NCBI GenBank assembly: GCA_028276785.1
Contig: JAPYVP010000008.1
Coordinates: 1-25,101, forward strand
DNA: 25,101 nt
Direction: 5' to 3'
Source: Candidatus Nanopusillus sp.
GTDB lineage: Archaea > Nanobdellota > Nanobdellia > Nanobdellales > Nanobdellaceae
In this document: positions 23,922-25,101 of the stretch, piece after piece
Layout: each line of letters starts with the position of its first letter
Numbering within the stretch: the first letter of the stretch is position 1
Made by a program: the position numbers and the translations under genes
Notes under the pieces: model-generated
The model's database searches: none
What the model was told of the DNA's origin: nothing
Seen by the model: the letters and a program-made list of their open reading frames with translations, nothing else

Positions 23922-24995
23922 ATGGTTAATGATGCACATATTTTTGATAAAGAGCTAGAAGAATACCTAGCACAAGCAACAAAGAGGATAAAAGTTATTG
24001 GATGTGGTGGAGGGGGAAGCAATACAATTTCTACATTATATGGTATGGGAATTGAAGGTCCAGAACTAATAGCAGTAAATACTGATGTTAGACACTTATT
24101 AATAACAAAAGCACATAAAAAAATATTAGTAGGAAAACAATTAACAAGGGGTTTGGGTGCAGGAAAAGATCCTAAAGTTGGAGAAGAAGCTGCAAAAGAA
24201 TCTGAACAAGAATTGAAAAAAGCAATAGAAGGTTCTGATGTTGTATTTATAACCTGTGGTCTTGGTGGTGGAACAGGAGGTGGTGTAGCACCAGTTGTTG
24301 CTGAAATTGCAAAAAAGATGGGGGCATTGGTAATTGCTATATGTACATGGCCTTTCTCCGTAGAAGGTGCAAATATATGGGATAATGCTTTATATTCTTT
24401 AGAAAAATTAGAAAATCATGTTGATTTATTGGTAATTATTCCAAATGATAAATTGCAAACCCTATATCCAAATATTCCATTGATGCAGGCATTTAAAGTT
24501 GCAGATTCATTATTGGCAAATGCATTAAGAGATCTAACAGAACTATTAACAAAACCCGGATACATAAATGTAGACTTTGCTGACTTTAGATCAATTGTAG
24601 CTGGTTCTGGATATGGTGTATTTGGAGTTGGAGAATCAAATTCAGAAAATAAAGCAACAGAGGCTGTTCAGAGGGCATTAAACAATCCATTAGTTGATGT
24701 TGATGCTACAGGAGCAAAAGCAGCATTGGTAAGAATTGTTGCATCACCAGATGTAACACCTACTGATATAAATAAAATATTAGATACAGTAAAATCTGTA
24801 TTAGATCCAAAAGCAAAAATAATACAAGGTATTACATTTGAAGAAGATAAAAAGAATTATGTAAGAGTATCATTAACAATTACAAAATTAAAAGCTCCTC
24901 CATCATTTATATTAGGAATAAAATCAGGAGAGAAAGAATTAAAACCTGAGGAACAGAAAAAGCTAGAAAGAGATCTTGGAATTGAAGTTATTTAG
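23922..24995 (+). CDS. ftsZ: Cell division GTPase FtsZ
   Basis: Motifs present: IKVIGCGGGGSNT, tubulin signature GLGGGTGGG, NTD, PFSVEG, IPNDKL, and T7-loop INVDFADF. Confidence 0.9.
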   Translation: MVNDAHIFDKELEEYLAQATKRIKVIGCGGGGSNTISTLYGMGIEGPELIAVNTDVRHLLITKAHKKILVGKQLTRGLGAGKDPKVGEEAAKESEQELKKAIEGSDVVFITCGLGGGTGGGVAPVVAEIAKKMGALVIAICTWPFSVEGANIWDNALYSLEKLENHVDLLVIIPNDKLQTLYPNIPLMQAFKVADSLLANALRDLTELLTKPGYINVDFADFRSIVAGSGYGVFGVGESNSENKATEAVQRALNNPLVDVDATGAKAALVRIVASPDVTPTDINKILDTVKSVLDPKAKIIQGITFEEDKKNYVRVSLTITKLKAPPSFILGIKSGEKELKPEEQKKLERDLGIEVI

Positions 24996-25101
24996 ATTTT
25001 TCTATTAATTTTAAGCTATTTATAGGTACATTTAATTGTAAAGGAACTGGAACATCAATTAATTCTATTGTTACTTCCTTTTTCTTTTCATCTATATTTA
25101 T
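24988..25101 (-). CDS. C-terminal end of an unidentified protein (partial; continues beyond window end)
   Basis: The minus-strand frame is open for all 37 codons from the window edge (INIDEKKKEVTIELIDVPVPLQLNVPINSLKLIEKSK-stop). Its TAA stop (plus-strand TTA) is at 24988-24990, a convergent 8-nt overlap with the ftsZ stop. An open run of this length is unusual in such AT-rich DNA. Confidence 0.35.
   Translation of the reverse strand: MNIDEKKKEVTIELIDVPVPLQLNVPINSLKLIEKSK

Noticed and set aside
1-25101. CRISPR arrays, rRNA genes, IS elements, long tandem repeats
   Set aside because: Scanning both strands by eye found no regularly spaced repeats, no rRNA-like GC-rich blocks and no transposase-like ORFs. 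The only repeats are the dispersed modules reported above and short intragenic tandems.

Overview
This is a very AT-rich archaeal chromosomal window, roughly a quarter to 30% GC by eye. A GC-saturated tRNA-Lys, an archaeal histone, FtsZ, a type-2 methionine aminopeptidase and an AOR-family oxidoreductase are present. Nearly every gene has a TATA box about 27-30 bp upstream of its ATG, so transcripts look leaderless. Together these suggest a thermophilic euryarchaeal or DPANN-like lineage (inference). I saw no CRISPR array, rRNA, transposase or integrase.

Most genes are housekeeping:
- A partial S-layer-type gene, TtuA, TruA, DUF72, an FKBP isomerase and a UPF0173 hydrolase.
- A GT2 / GT-C glycan cluster.
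- An oxidative-damage neighbourhood: Prx, Lrp/AsnC, Bcp, Ogt and SOD.

Three things stand out:
1. 16.1-19.2 kb: a tandem array of four unrecognisable genes. Their bodies are divergent or unrelated, but each carries nearly the same ~55-90 bp 5' module: a small palindrome (absent from copy 3), BRE/TATA, a leaderless ATG and the first ~10 codons (MDG-Y-N-DE). Three of the four are built from a repeated ~100-aa domain. A decayed copy of the ogt 3' end sits upstream of the fourth gene, marking a segmental duplication.
2. 3.6-6.0 kb: three plus-strand ORFans, two of them exactly 204 aa. They share a winged-helix-like C-terminal motif and a near-identical promoter core. They lie divergent from an orphan Lhr C-terminal module that has no helicase motor.
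3. A three-member family of multi-pass membrane proteins. Two members are tandem at 0.5-2.0 kb. The third, at 9.0-9.7 kb, is bracketed by a decayed and an intact copy of the 5' end of the neighbouring GT-C gene, offset by 910 bp.

All functional calls rest on motifs I read in the translations. No database search was possible.
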